Source: an uncultured Holophagales bacterium (GTDB lineage: Bacteria > Acidobacteriota > Thermoanaerobaculia > Multivoradales > UBA5704). Taken from it: DNA of 64,000 nt. Made by a program: the position numbers and the translations under genes. The DNA is taken from the NCBI GenBank assembly GCA_963842525.1, contig CAWJGT010000009.1, positions 992,001 to 1,056,000 on the forward strand. The letters are read 5' to 3'. How positions within the stretch are numbered: the stretch's first letter is position 1; every line of letters starts with the position of its first letter. The notes below the pieces were generated by a model. The model ran no database searches and had not been told where the DNA came from. It saw only the letters and a list, made by a program, of their open reading frames with translations. Positions 44,701 through 53,949 of the stretch are shown here, piece after piece.

Positions 44701-46568
44701 AACCGCCCCTCCAGCTCCGCCGTCGTCACCACCGCCGCGACCCCCGAGTCCTCCACGAGGAACGCGAGACGCTCGCGCGGATGCGACGGATCGAGGGGCA
44801 CGTAGGCGGCTCCCGCCTCCAGGATGCCCAGCAGCGAAGCGATCATCGAACCCGAGCGCGGCAGGCAGACGCCCACGCGGGCCTCGGGCCCGATCCCCAT
44901 CCGCCGCAGCCGGCTCGCCAGCTCGGCCGCCCTGTCGGCCAGCTCCCGGTAGGTCCAGCGTTCCGCGCCGTCCACCACGGCCACCGCCTGGGGTGTCCTC
45001 TTCGCCTGCTCCAGGAACCCGCTGTGGAGGAGCTCCAGGCGGCGCGAGGCCGGGCGGCCGGTGTCGTTCCATTCCACCCGGGCCAGATGGCGCGCCGCGG
45101 CGCTCTCGACCGGCAGGGCGGACAGCCGCGCATCCGGGTCGGCCAGGGCGGCGCCGGTCAGGGCTTCGAAGCCTTCAGCCAGGCGGGCGATGGTCGTGGC
45201 GTTGAACAGGTCGGTGCTGTATTCGAGGTACCCGCTGAAGCCGTCCTCCATGTCCCAGAGTGCCAGGGTCAGCTCGAACGCCGAAGCCTCCGGGTCCGGC
45301 GGCTCGAGCGGCGTCACCCGCAGGCCGGAAAGGTCCAGCGATCCTGACGAGCCCTCGCCCTCCAGCACCACGAGGTCCACCTGGGCGATGGGCGGCCGGC
45401 TCGTGTCCCGTTCCGGGCGTAGCGCCTCGACCAGCTTGCCGAACGGCAGGTCCTGGTGGGAGTAGGCGGCGACCGCCACCTGCCGCACCCGCCCCAGCAG
45501 CTCCCGGAACGTGGGGTCCCCTCCCAGATCGGTGGCGAAGACGAGCTGCGTCAGGAAGAACCCCAGCAGCTCCTCCAGCTCCCGCCGGCTGCGGTTCAGG
45601 TTGGGCGAGGCCACCACCACCGTCTCCTGGCCGGCGTGGCGGGACAGCAGCGTCTGGAAGAGCGCCAGCAGGACCATGAACGGCGTGGCCCGTTCCCGTT
45701 GGGCCAGCCCCTTGAGCGCCTCGGAGCTGGCGCGGGAGAGCCGCAGCGGGAGCCGCCGCCCGCGGGTGGTGGCATAGGCGGGCCGCGGCCGGTCCGTCGG
45801 CAGGTCCAGGGCCAGCGGCGCGTCCGCGAGCTGCTCGCGCCAGAACTCCACATGCTCCGCCAGGGTCTCGCCGTCGAGCTGCTCGCGCTGCCAGATGGCG
45901 AAGTCCGCATACTGCACCGCCAGCTCGGGCAGCGGTGAAGGCCGGCCGGTTGATCCCGTCGAAATCGTGAAGGCTCGGTAGAGCGCGGTCAGCTCACTCC
46001 AGAAGATATGGAGGGAGTAGGCGTCCGCCACGATGTGGTGGACTGTCAGCAGGCAGTCGTGGACGCCGGAAGACAGGCGCACCAGCCAGGCGCGCAGCAG
46101 CGGCCCGCGGGCGAGGTTGAACGGCAGGCGGACCGACGCGCGGGCCAGCCGGCGGGCCTCGGTCTCGCGGAGCGCCTCGCGCAGGCCGCTGAGGTCGATC
46201 ACCGGCAGCGGTGCGGGAATCGGCGGAGCGATGACCTGGACCGGCCGCCCCTCGAACGCGGGGAAGGTGGTGCGCCACGCCTCGTGCCGGCGGACGACTT
46301 CCGTGAGGCTGCCGGCCAGGGCGGGGACGTCCAGCGGTCCGGTCATCCGGGCCGCGGTACCGAGGTTGTAGGAGACGTCCGTGGGATCGAGCTGGAAGAG
46401 GAACCAGAGCCGCTCCTGGTCGATGGCCAGAGGCCAAGCGTCACCCGCCGGCCGGCGGGGGATCGACGCCGACGCCGGACGTTTCTGGGCGGCCTGCTTC
46501 TTCTGCAGCACCTCCAGCAGGGCCCGGTGCGTCGGGTTGAGGGCAGATATTCGTTCGGAAAGGCTCAC
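32735..46568 (-). CDS. Hybrid NRPS-PKS C-A(Ala)-T-E-C-T-KS-AT-(KR remnant)-T-Cy-A(Cys)-T; +1 frameshift at ~43230
   Basis: C HHIVAD; A code DIFNNALVYK; T GGDSI; E LTPVQRWF, HHLVVDGVSW, EGHGRE; C HHLLLDGWS; T GGHSL; KS TACSTS; AT GYSLG/HAFH; Cy FPLTDIQQAY, DVLIGD; A code DLYNLSLIWK. ORFs 43026-46568 and 32735-43039 join on removing one base at 43229-43231. Confidence 0.9.
32743..32889. repeat. 45/48-bp tandem triplication at the NRPS C-terminus
   Basis: CCCGCAGCTC(CTC)CGCCAGCATCCTTTCAACCTCCTCGGGCGAGGYCT x3, encoding LREASPEEVERMLAE(E) x3. Confidence 0.92.
37081..37170. repeat. Family B element, in-frame in the post-AT linker
   Basis: ATGCCGTCGCCCCTTCAGGGCT and ATGCCGTCGCCCCTTTGGGGCT direct pair around hairpin CCTGGGGTTGAAACCCCAGG. 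Confidence 0.8.
37195..37247. repeat. Family A palindromic element (half), in-frame in the post-AT linker
   Basis: CCCCCTCTCCCGG..GATGGGAGAGGGGGCCAGGGGGTGAGG; translated LTPWPPLPSPPHHPGEGE. Confidence 0.85.
42129..42275. repeat. Family A palindromic element (full, 147 bp), in-frame in the E domain
   Basis: CCCTCACCCCCGGCCCCTCTCCCATCCGCACTCCCAACC...GGTTGGGAGTGCGGATGGGAGAGGGGGGCCAGGGGGGTGAGGG; translated PHPPGPPLPSALPTHRERGE...GSADGRGAGGEG. Confidence 0.9.
44524..44694. repeat. Family A palindromic element (full), in-frame before the A3 motif of the Ala A domain
   Basis: Perfect terminal inverted repeat GGGACCTCACCCCCTGGCCCCCTCTCCCATCT / AGATGGGAGAGGGGGCCAGGGGGTGAGGTCCC; translated GPHPLAPSPIF...GRWERGPGGEVP. 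Confidence 0.9.
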
Positions 46569-46670
46569 GACGTCTCCCAGGGACCTCGGGGGGCCGAGGG
46601 ACGCGCCATCCTACCACCGGGTAGTTTCGTGTAGCATCTTGACCCCGCAGGGTCTGTTGACGGAGTGAGG

Positions 46671-49091
46671 ATGGCCATGGGAAATCTGACGAAGGATCTG
46701 CGCTACTCCTTGAGGACGTGGCGCAAGAGCCCCGGTTTTACGTTGGTGGTGCTGCTCACCGTGACGCTGTCGGTGGGCATGACCACCGCCATCTTCAGCG
46801 TGGTCAACGGCGTCCTCCTGAAGCCCTTGCCCTATCCGGAGCCCGACCGGGTGATCTTCTTCTGGAACAGCAACCTCGAGCTGGGGCTGCCCTTCTTCGG
46901 CATCACGACCTACGACTTCGCCGAATGGAAGGCCCAGTCCCGCTCCTTCCAGTACATGACGGCACGGCAGCCCGCGAGCTTCAACCTGACCGGCGATGGC
47001 ATCGAGCCCGAGCGCCTCTCGACCGAGAAGGTCAGCGAGGACTACTTCTCGGTCCTGGGCCTGCGGCCCCTGCGCGGACGCCTGCTCCTGCCCGCCGAGC
47101 AGGCGGGAGGCGGCGCCAAGGTGGTCGTCCTCAACCGCACCCTCTGGGAACGCCGCTTCAGCGCCGATCCCGACCTGCCCGGCAAGTCGATCCTCCTCAA
47201 TGGCGAGCCCTACACCGTGGTCGGCATCGTGGACGATCCGTACCGGGGCGCGGTGACCGAGATCTGGACCCCCCTCGGCTTGAACCTCGCCAACGAGACG
47301 CGGGGCATCCACACCATCGCCGTCCTCGGCCGTCTCCGCAAGGGGGGCTCTGTGGAACAGGCGCAGGCCGAGATGGATACCATCAACGAGCGCCTGGCGC
47401 AGCAATACCCCGACACCAACAAGGGCTGGCAGGTGGGTATCGGGAGGATGCACGACCTGATCGTCCAGGACGTCCGGCCGCGCCTCTACATCCTGCTTGG
47501 GGCCGTGCTCTGCGTCCTGTTGATCGCCTGCGCCAACCTGATGAACCTGTTCCTGGCGCGGATCTCGTCGCGCGAGCGGGAGATCGCCATCCGCGCCGCC
47601 CTCGGCGCCGGTCGCGGCCGGGTGGTGCGCCAGCTCCTGACCGAGACCCTGCTGCTCGCCGTGGTCGGCGGCGGCCTGGGCGTGCTCCTGGCAGGCTGGG
47701 GGACCAAAGCCCTCCTGGCCCTCAATACCAAGGCCGTGCCCCGCCCCGGCGAGATCACCGTCGACGGCCGCGTGCTCCTCTTCGCCCTCGGGGCCTCGGT
47801 CCTCACCGGCCTGATCGTCGGTCTGTGGCCCGCGCTGCGCGCCTCGCGGTCCGACCTGCACGAGCCCCTCAAGGAAGGGGGCCGGGGCCAGGCCGGCGGC
47901 CTGCGCGGCCGCCTCGTCCGCAACGGCCTGGTCCTCCTGGAAGTGGCCGTCGCCCTGGTGCTGCTCGTCGGCGCCGGGCTGCTGATCAAGAGCTTCGGCC
48001 GCCTGCAGGACATCGAGCTGGGCTTCAATCCCGACGGCGCCCTGACCGCCCGCCTCGTCCTGCCGGAGGCCAAGTATGCGGACGAGGCGCGACAGATCGC
48101 CCTCTACGACGAGATCCTGCAGCGCGTCCAGAACCTGCCCGGCGTGGCGGCGGCTGGATTCTTCGCCCGCATGCCTCTCGCCGACAACATGATCTTCAAA
48201 GGCGGCGCCTATCCGGTGGGGCAGCCCCCCGCCGATCCCAACGACCTGCCCATCGTCAACACCCGCATGGTCAGCCCCGGCACCTTCCGCGCCATGGGCA
48301 TGAAGGTCGTGGACGGCCGGCCGCTCCAGCCGCAGGACGGCCCGCGCTCGACCAAGGTGGTGGTGATCAACGAGACCCTGGCGCGGCGCCTGTGGCCCGG
48401 CCAGAGGGCGGTCGGCCAGCAGGCGGTCGTCGACATCGCCGGCAAGGAGCTGCAGGAGATGACCGTCGTCGGGGTGGTGGCCGACATCAAAAGCTCGACC
48501 ATCACCGCCGAGACCGACTCCGAGGTCTTTCTGCCCCACACCCAGCAGCCCGTGACCGACGCGACCCTGATCGTCCGCACCACCGCCTCCGACCCCGCCT
48601 CGATCGCGACCGCGGTGCGCTCCGTGGTCGCGTCGGTGGACCACGAGCTGCCCATCTCCGACGTCCAGACCCTGGACCGGATCGTGGCCACGGCGCTCTC
48701 GCCGGCGCGTTTCGGGATGATCCTGCTGAGCCTGTTCGCGGGCCTGGCGCTGGTGCTCGCCTCGGTCGGAGTCTACGGCGTCATGAGCTATTCAGTGACC
48801 CAGCGCACCCAGGAGATCGGCATCCGCATGGCCATGGGAGCGGACCGCCGGGACGTGCTGCGCATGATCCTGCAGCAGAGCCTGATCATCGCCCTGGTCG
48901 GAGTGTTCCTCGGCCTCGCCGGAGCCCTGGGCCTGACCCAATTCCTCGCCGGCCAGCTCTTCGGAGTGAGCGCCCGCGACCCCCTGGTCTTCGTCGCCGT
49001 CGCCAGCCTCCTCACCAGCGTAGCCCTGATCGCCAGCTACCTCCCCGCCCGCCGTGCCACAGGGGTCGATCCGCTGCTGGCGATGCGGTGA
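46671..49091 (+). CDS. ADOP-type (duplicated MacB/FtsX) ABC permease
   Basis: DLRYSLR..KSPGF, TAIFSVVNGVLLKPLPY, LLIACAN, REIAIRAALGA, RTQEIGIRMAMGA, YLPARRA; divergent from the NRPS. Confidence 0.92.
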   Translation: MAMGNLTKDLRYSLRTWRKSPGFTLVVLLTVTLSVGMTTAIFSVVNGVLLKPLPYPEPDRVIFFWNSNLELGLPFFGITTYDFAEWKAQSRSFQYMTARQPASFNLTGDGIEPERLSTEKVSEDYFSVLGLRPLRGRLLLPAEQAGGGAKVVVLNRTLWERRFSADPDLPGKSILLNGEPYTVVGIVDDPYRGAVTEIWTPLGLNLANETRGIHTIAVLGRLRKGGSVEQAQAEMDTINERLAQQYPDTNKGWQVGIGRMHDLIVQDVRPRLYILLGAVLCVLLIACANLMNLFLARISSREREIAIRAALGAGRGRVVRQLLTETLLLAVVGGGLGVLLAGWGTKALLALNTKAVPRPGEITVDGRVLLFALGASVLTGLIVGLWPALRASRSDLHEPLKEGGRGQAGGLRGRLVRNGLVLLEVAVALVLLVGAGLLIKSFGRLQDIELGFNPDGALTARLVLPEAKYADEARQIALYDEILQRVQNLPGVAAAGFFARMPLADNMIFKGGAYPVGQPPADPNDLPIVNTRMVSPGTFRAMGMKVVDGRPLQPQDGPRSTKVVVINETLARRLWPGQRAVGQQAVVDIAGKELQEMTVVGVVADIKSSTITAETDSEVFLPHTQQPVTDATLIVRTTASDPASIATAVRSVVASVDHELPISDVQTLDRIVATALSPARFGMILLSLFAGLALVLASVGVYGVMSYSVTQRTQEIGIRMAMGADRRDVLRMILQQSLIIALVGVFLGLAGALGLTQFLAGQLFGVSARDPLVFVAVASLLTSVALIASYLPARRATGVDPLLAMR

Positions 49092-49239
49092 CGTCGCGCA
49101 GTCTGGGAATCAGGCCTGGCCGCCGCTACAGCTTGGTCCTGCTCGACGTAGCGAGTGGCGAGATATCGCCACCTCTTGCAAGACAGCGTGTGAGTCGTTA
49201 CCATTCAACGCGACGCAGGTGGTGACTAGAGGAGACGTG

Positions 49240-49437
49240 GTGCCTCTCAAGGTACGAGACCTGGTGGCCGAGCTTGAACGGGCGGGTTTCGTCAACCGCG
49301 GCGGGAAGGGAAGCCATAGGAACTATGTTCATCCCAAGGTTGGGAAACCGATTACCATAGCAGGTGCTCTCGGCGACGACGCGAAGCGGTATCAGGTTCG
49401 CGCTGTCCAGTCTGCGATTAAGGAGTCGAAGTCATGA
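49240..49437 (+). CDS. hicA: HicA toxin
   Basis: LKVRDLVAELERAGF..GGKGSHRNYVHP; GAGGAG RBS. Confidence 0.88.
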   Translation: MPLKVRDLVAELERAGFVNRGGKGSHRNYVHPKVGKPITIAGALGDDAKRYQVRAVQSAIKESKS

Positions 49438-49673
49438 GAGAAAGCGCCAGGTACGCGAAGATCGTGGAGTGGTCGGAAGAGGACCAGTGCTTCGTCGGTA
49501 GCTCTCCTGGCCTGATCTTTGGGGGGTGCCACGGCTTGGACGAAAAAGAGGTCTTCGCCCAGTTGTGCGACATCGTGGAGGAAGCGATCGAGCTCTACAA
49601 ACAGGACGGCAAGCCGCTGCCTCCTCCTACCGCCGGGCGGGACTTCGCCAACAAGATGCAGAACGTCGCATAG
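49434..49673 (+). CDS. hicB: HicB family antitoxin
   Basis: VEWSEEDQCFVGSSPGL..GGCHG...DGKPLPPP; ATGA overlap with hicA. Confidence 0.85.
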   Translation: MRESARYAKIVEWSEEDQCFVGSSPGLIFGGCHGLDEKEVFAQLCDIVEEAIELYKQDGKPLPPPTAGRDFANKMQNVA

Positions 49674-49812
49674 GCCGCGTCGTCATAGTCCTGGTGGCTC
49701 CGCCAGTGGCGTAGGCCAAAAACTTCCGCCTTTGGTGCACGCATATACAAGCCGCAACTGGCCGAAGGCTTTGGCCCACAGGCTTTACGCCAGAAAACCT
49801 ATTACTTATCAG

Positions 49813-50262
49813 GTGACAAAGGTAACTGTCGAAAACTACCGCAATGACAATTACTACCCGAAAGTGGTTCGGGCAGTTGAGGCGATCCTGGCCAAGAGCG
49901 ATGTGGTGACCCCGCTCGACGTCTTCGTTCAATTGGAGCTGCTCAGCAAGGCCGATGTCGAATCGTGGCGCTTCGGACGTGTGCCCTATCTTGAGAAGGT
50001 CATGCACTGCAATTTGAGCAAGGCCAGCCGGATTCTCCGCATCCTCCTTCTGCATGTGCACGACTTGAACATGCGCCCGTCCCGCACGGCATACATGAAA
50101 TGGGGAAAGGGAACGCGGACGCCTCTACGCTTCTCCAAGACCGGCGATCCAAACCTTGAAGAAGCCTACTCTCGCCATTTCCTGACACCGGGGCTCGAGT
50201 CGAAGAAGAGGCGGTCTCCTGAGCAACCAGAGTCCCAAGACGGACTGGGAGCGCCGGAGTAG
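49813..50262 (+). CDS. Basic hypothetical protein
   Basis: GTG 49813 MTKVTVENYRNDNYYPKVVRAV...WRFGRVPYLEKV...LRFSKTGDPNLEEAYSRHF; coding-like, somewhat lower GC. Confidence 0.7.
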   Translation: MTKVTVENYRNDNYYPKVVRAVEAILAKSDVVTPLDVFVQLELLSKADVESWRFGRVPYLEKVMHCNLSKASRILRILLLHVHDLNMRPSRTAYMKWGKGTRTPLRFSKTGDPNLEEAYSRHFLTPGLESKKRRSPEQPESQDGLGAPE

Positions 50263-50311
50263 CTCAGGGCGTGAGGATGTCCGAAGCCATGACAGGACGA
50301 ACCGTCTCTCC

Positions 50312-50336
50312 CTGGGACCGCGGGCGTCCCGCCCGC
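50312..50336. repeat. REP-like hairpin
   Basis: CTGGGACCGCGGGCGTCCCGCCCGC (stem GCGGGCG/CGCCCGC); related CTGGGAGCGCC starts near 50245 and 58528. Confidence 0.45.
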
Positions 50337-50477
50337 CCTCCACGGGCTCGGGCCGGCCGAGAGGGCTTGTCACAGCGCCAGAGTTTTTAGCTGAAGCTTC
50401 ATTGCTGCGCGCATTGGAGAGTATACTTCGCGCAGCTCGAGCCTCCCCGGAGTGGAGGCCACTTGAGGGTAATCGCC

Positions 50478-50693
50478 ATGATATTTCACGTCACAATCGA
50501 AGAAGCCGAGGACGGCTGGTTTGTCGCCGAATGTCCTGCCCTTCCAGGCTGCGTGTCTCAGGGTCGAGACGAGAAGGAGACGCTGGAAAACATCCGAGAA
50601 GCCATCACGGCATGGCTGTGGGCTGAGGACCAGAAGGCCGTCGCCGCCTTACCCAATCGCGAAGGCCGCCCCCCCGTCGTGGTGGCAGTCTGA
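50478..50693 (+). CDS. hicB: HicB family antitoxin (orphan)
   Basis: IEEAEDGWFVAECPALPGCVSQG...LENIREAI. Confidence 0.88.
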   Translation: MIFHVTIEEAEDGWFVAECPALPGCVSQGRDEKETLENIREAITAWLWAEDQKAVAALPNREGRPPVVVAV

Positions 50694-51150
50694 TCCATGG
50701 GGGTGGGCCTTTCCTTCCCGGACCAGTTCGATGCGTCCGGCGAGGCGGAGGCGGCGGAGGTTCACCCCCACCGCGCGGACGTCCACCGCCCGGCGCAGCT
50801 TCTTGCCAAAACGGCGGTTGACTTCCCGGGCGATAGCGGTTGCGCCGAAAGCCTGCCCCGGCTGCTGCTCCTCCACCACCTTCGCGACGAGCCGGCTCAC
50901 CTTCGGCCTGCCTTGGCCGAGATCTTCCTCCTCTTCCCGCGCCGGCGCCGCAGCCTTGTGGAGAGCGGGAACGCGTCCGATCAGCTCGCCGGCCGACTCT
51001 GCGGCCCTCTTGACTCGAACCGCTCCAGGACCTTCGCGAGCTCTTCTGCAGCAACGGCACGCTGCTCGCGGTGGAACACTTCCCGCTGTGCGTGCATTGC
51101 CTCTTCATTCCGATAGTGCTCGACCTGCGCTTGCAGCTCGGCGATCATCT
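50694..51150 (-). pseudogene. Fragmented coiled-coil/wHTH-like hypothetical gene
   Basis: MIAELQAQVEHYRNEEAMHAQREVFH... in one frame, SRLVAKVVE...REVNRRFG..LRRLRLAGRIELVREGK in another; runs into the hicB 3' end. Confidence 0.5.
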
Positions 51151-51159
51151 CGGCGAACC

Positions 51160-52029
51160 GACGAGCCGGTCGAGCGGGTGCCGTTCGCGCGGCTGCGTGT
51201 CGATGCGCCCCTGGTGGCGCGCCGCATGGCGATGCTCGCCTGGTCCGCTGTGCCGCTTGCCCTGGCCCTGATGATCTTCCCCCGCGGCACGGGACACCGG
51301 CTGCTGACGGCGCCGCGCCGGCGCGGCCGTCGCCGCTTGGCGGACAATGAAGAGCCCGCCCTCGTCGCGGCGAGCCCGCTGTCCACGCCGGCGCCGGCCG
51401 TCTTCCACGCCCGCGCCGGGACGCCCACGTTCGCCCGGTCGGTGCTCGCCGACGGTCTCCTGATCTGGAGCACGGCTGCGTGGGCGAGGTGGCCGCTCCT
51501 GCTCGCCTCGGGGGTGACGCTCTTCCTGCCAGTGATCGCCGCAAAGGTTTCGATCGCCATCTTCCTGCTGCTGCTCGGCCTGGTGATCGCCGAGGCGGCT
51601 GCCCGCGAGCAGCTCGCCGGCACGGCAGCCACCGTCTTCGCGCAGCCGGGCGTGCCGCGCTCGGCCGTGCTGTGGAAGGTCGCTGCCATCGCGGCCTTCG
51701 TGGCTGTCGTCGGCGCGCCTGTCCTCGTACGCTCCGTCGTGCGCGGTCCCGCATACGGCCTGGCGATGGTGCTCGCTCTGCTGTTCGTGGCCACCGCCGC
51801 CGCCGGGCTCGGCTGGCTCTCGGGTGGCGGCAAGCTCTTCCTCGGCCTGTTCACCGCCCTCTGGTACATCGCCATCCAGCGCGACTCGCCGCTCGACTTC
51901 AGCGGCGCCTTCGCAAGCCGCCCGGACCTCGCCCTCTGCGCCGGTTTCGCGGTGGCGGGGATGGCGGCGGTGCTCGCCGCGTTGCTCTTCGAGCGTGCCC
52001 GCGCCGCCCGGGGGGACGCGGTCGGCTAG
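51160..52029 (+). pseudogene. 3' fragment of a multi-TM membrane protein (ABC permease-like)
   Basis: Several hydrophobic helices ending at TAG 52029; no credible start, 5' end abuts another gene fragment. Confidence 0.55.
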
Positions 52030-52106
52030 TAGACTATGGCGACGATGCGAAGCTGTTATCAGGTCGAAGTCGCTCCTCGTAGCTGTTATGCGGAAGGGCA
52101 ACACCC

Positions 52107-53360
52107 GTGACTCCTCGATACCTGACCAGGGCTTTTGCAGGCATTCGATCCGCTGTGACCTTGATGAACGAGATCACGCCAGCGCTTGCCTACGACCTCC
52201 GTGCCGACATGGACGACCTTGCAGGCGACTTCCGTCGAGCAGCGGCGGGCGACCCGCCCCTCGATGATTTTGACGACCACTTAAAGTCCGCCATCCGGTC
52301 CCTGTTTGGTCAAATGGAGGCTTTCGTCCACTCGCTAACAGTTGCGGTACTGAAGAGTGACACTGGAACCCTTCAAATCGGCAACTACGAACTGGCCGTG
52401 CTGAGTGAGCGAGACCATGATCCGGTCACTGATGTCATTTCCACTGAAACCCGCCACTACCCGCTTGCGCTTCGCCTCGAGGTGGCATCCCGGCACTTCT
52501 TGGGGATCTGCGGACTCACGACGATTGCGGACTGGGATCCAGATGTCAAGCGGTACCTCAAAGACTTGACGCGAACTCGCAACCACCTCACGCACCCCAC
52601 GCGCATCGAGCACCTAATCGTCGCTCCGGCCTTCGAGAGCTTCCGCCAGATCGCGATCTGGTTCCCGGCGTACGCCTCCCATGTGCTTAGCGTGGCGTCG
52701 CTCACCCTCGGTCTCCCCGCCCGGAAGGCCCTGCCTATCTCGCCGGTTCCTCCGCTTCCCGCAGCCATCCCGCGAGCCGAGCAGATATTTGATGATCACT
52801 TCTACCGTCGGATTTTCTCTGATCCCGGGTCTGCCATTCGATATATCAGCTTCTTCTCCAATCGCCTCGATGAAGAGATCAAACGCGCCTTCGATCACTC
52901 TCGCGATGCCCTATCTCCTCCCTACGACCCTGACCGCGTTGGCCGCGCAGTTCGACGGATGGTCCGAGCGATTACGACCAACCTGGAAGGCCTTATCGGC
53001 TTCACTTCTTTCTTCATGCGGGCAGTCCGAAGATCGAAGGTCAAGGTGGTTTGCCCTCAACCCATCAAGGATGAATCTCCACCAGACCGCGCAGTTCGTG
53101 TTCTTACCGCCTTCTCTAGCGCCTTTGGCGCCGATGTCTTGCCTAAGCGCGACGCCTCGTGGCGCGCCCTACGCACCGTGTTTGACATCCGAGATCGGCT
53201 CACTCACCCGAGAGCAGCTGGGCACGTTCTGCTCAAATTGGATCACCTCGACGCAACCATGAACGCCTTGGGATGGTTTCTGAATCAGGCCTTTCCCGCG
53301 ATACTGCTCGATCAAGAGAAGATCGCCGATTGCTTTGGCAGTCGAAAGCCTGCCCGCTAA
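52107..53360 (+). CDS. Hypothetical protein with two HEPN-like RxxxxH motifs
   Basis: RTRNHLTHP and IRDRLTHP near the end of each half; visibly lower GC and atypical codon use. Confidence 0.7.
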   Translation: MTPRYLTRAFAGIRSAVTLMNEITPALAYDLRADMDDLAGDFRRAAAGDPPLDDFDDHLKSAIRSLFGQMEAFVHSLTVAVLKSDTGTLQIGNYELAVLSERDHDPVTDVISTETRHYPLALRLEVASRHFLGICGLTTIADWDPDVKRYLKDLTRTRNHLTHPTRIEHLIVAPAFESFRQIAIWFPAYASHVLSVASLTLGLPARKALPISPVPPLPAAIPRAEQIFDDHFYRRIFSDPGSAIRYISFFSNRLDEEIKRAFDHSRDALSPPYDPDRVGRAVRRMVRAITTNLEGLIGFTSFFMRAVRRSKVKVVCPQPIKDESPPDRAVRVLTAFSSAFGADVLPKRDASWRALRTVFDIRDRLTHPRAAGHVLLKLDHLDATMNALGWFLNQAFPAILLDQEKIADCFGSRKPAR

Positions 53361-53415
53361 CCTCGTTGCAGCGGACAACACCAGGCGTTGCCGCTGAATT
53401 CAAGCGCCGTTCGGG
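53355..53415 (+). mobile_element. attC-like integron cassette recombination site
   Basis: CGCTAAC (contains the gene stop) - TTGCAGCGGACAAC / GTTGCCGCTGAA stem with two unpaired bases - GTTCGGG; about 61 bp. Confidence 0.55.
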
Positions 53416-53433
53416 CAGCGCAGGAGCGGAGCC

Positions 53434-53949
53434 ATGCTGTTCCACGTCAGCGAAGAATCCGGCATCGATCGGTTCGAGCCGCGGCCGTCGCCCTACACCG
53501 ACGAGCCCGTCGTGTGGGCTGTCGACGCCGACCGCCTCCGCAACTACCTGCTCCCTCGGGAGTGCCCCCGCGTTACGTACTACGCCGGGCCCGAGACCAC
53601 CGTAGCGGATGTGGAACGGTTCCTCGGAGCCAGCCCGGCAGTCATCGCGGTCGAGAGCGCCTGGTTGGAACGCCTGCGGTCCTGCCGGTTGTACTGCTAT
53701 CACCTGCCGCCGGAGACCTTCGGGTGTATGGACGAATGCGCCGGCTACTTCGTCAGCCGACGGCCCGTTGTGCCAACGCATGTCCAGGTCGTCGAGGACC
53801 TGCTGGCCGCGCTGCTGGGGCGCGGGGTTGAGCTGCGTTTCGTGCCGAACCTCTGGCCTCTCCGCGACGCGGTGGTCTCCTCCACGCTGTGGTTCTCTCT
53901 TATCCGCATGCGGAATGCCTTAGAGCGCCCCTGCTGGCTCAAGGCGTGA
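53434..53949 (+). CDS. DUF6886-like hypothetical protein
   Basis: MLFHVSEESGIDRFEPR, VWAVD, NYLLPRECPRV, FSLIRMRNA. Confidence 0.7.
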   Translation: MLFHVSEESGIDRFEPRPSPYTDEPVVWAVDADRLRNYLLPRECPRVTYYAGPETTVADVERFLGASPAVIAVESAWLERLRSCRLYCYHLPPETFGCMDECAGYFVSRRPVVPTHVQVVEDLLAALLGRGVELRFVPNLWPLRDAVVSSTLWFSLIRMRNALERPCWLKA

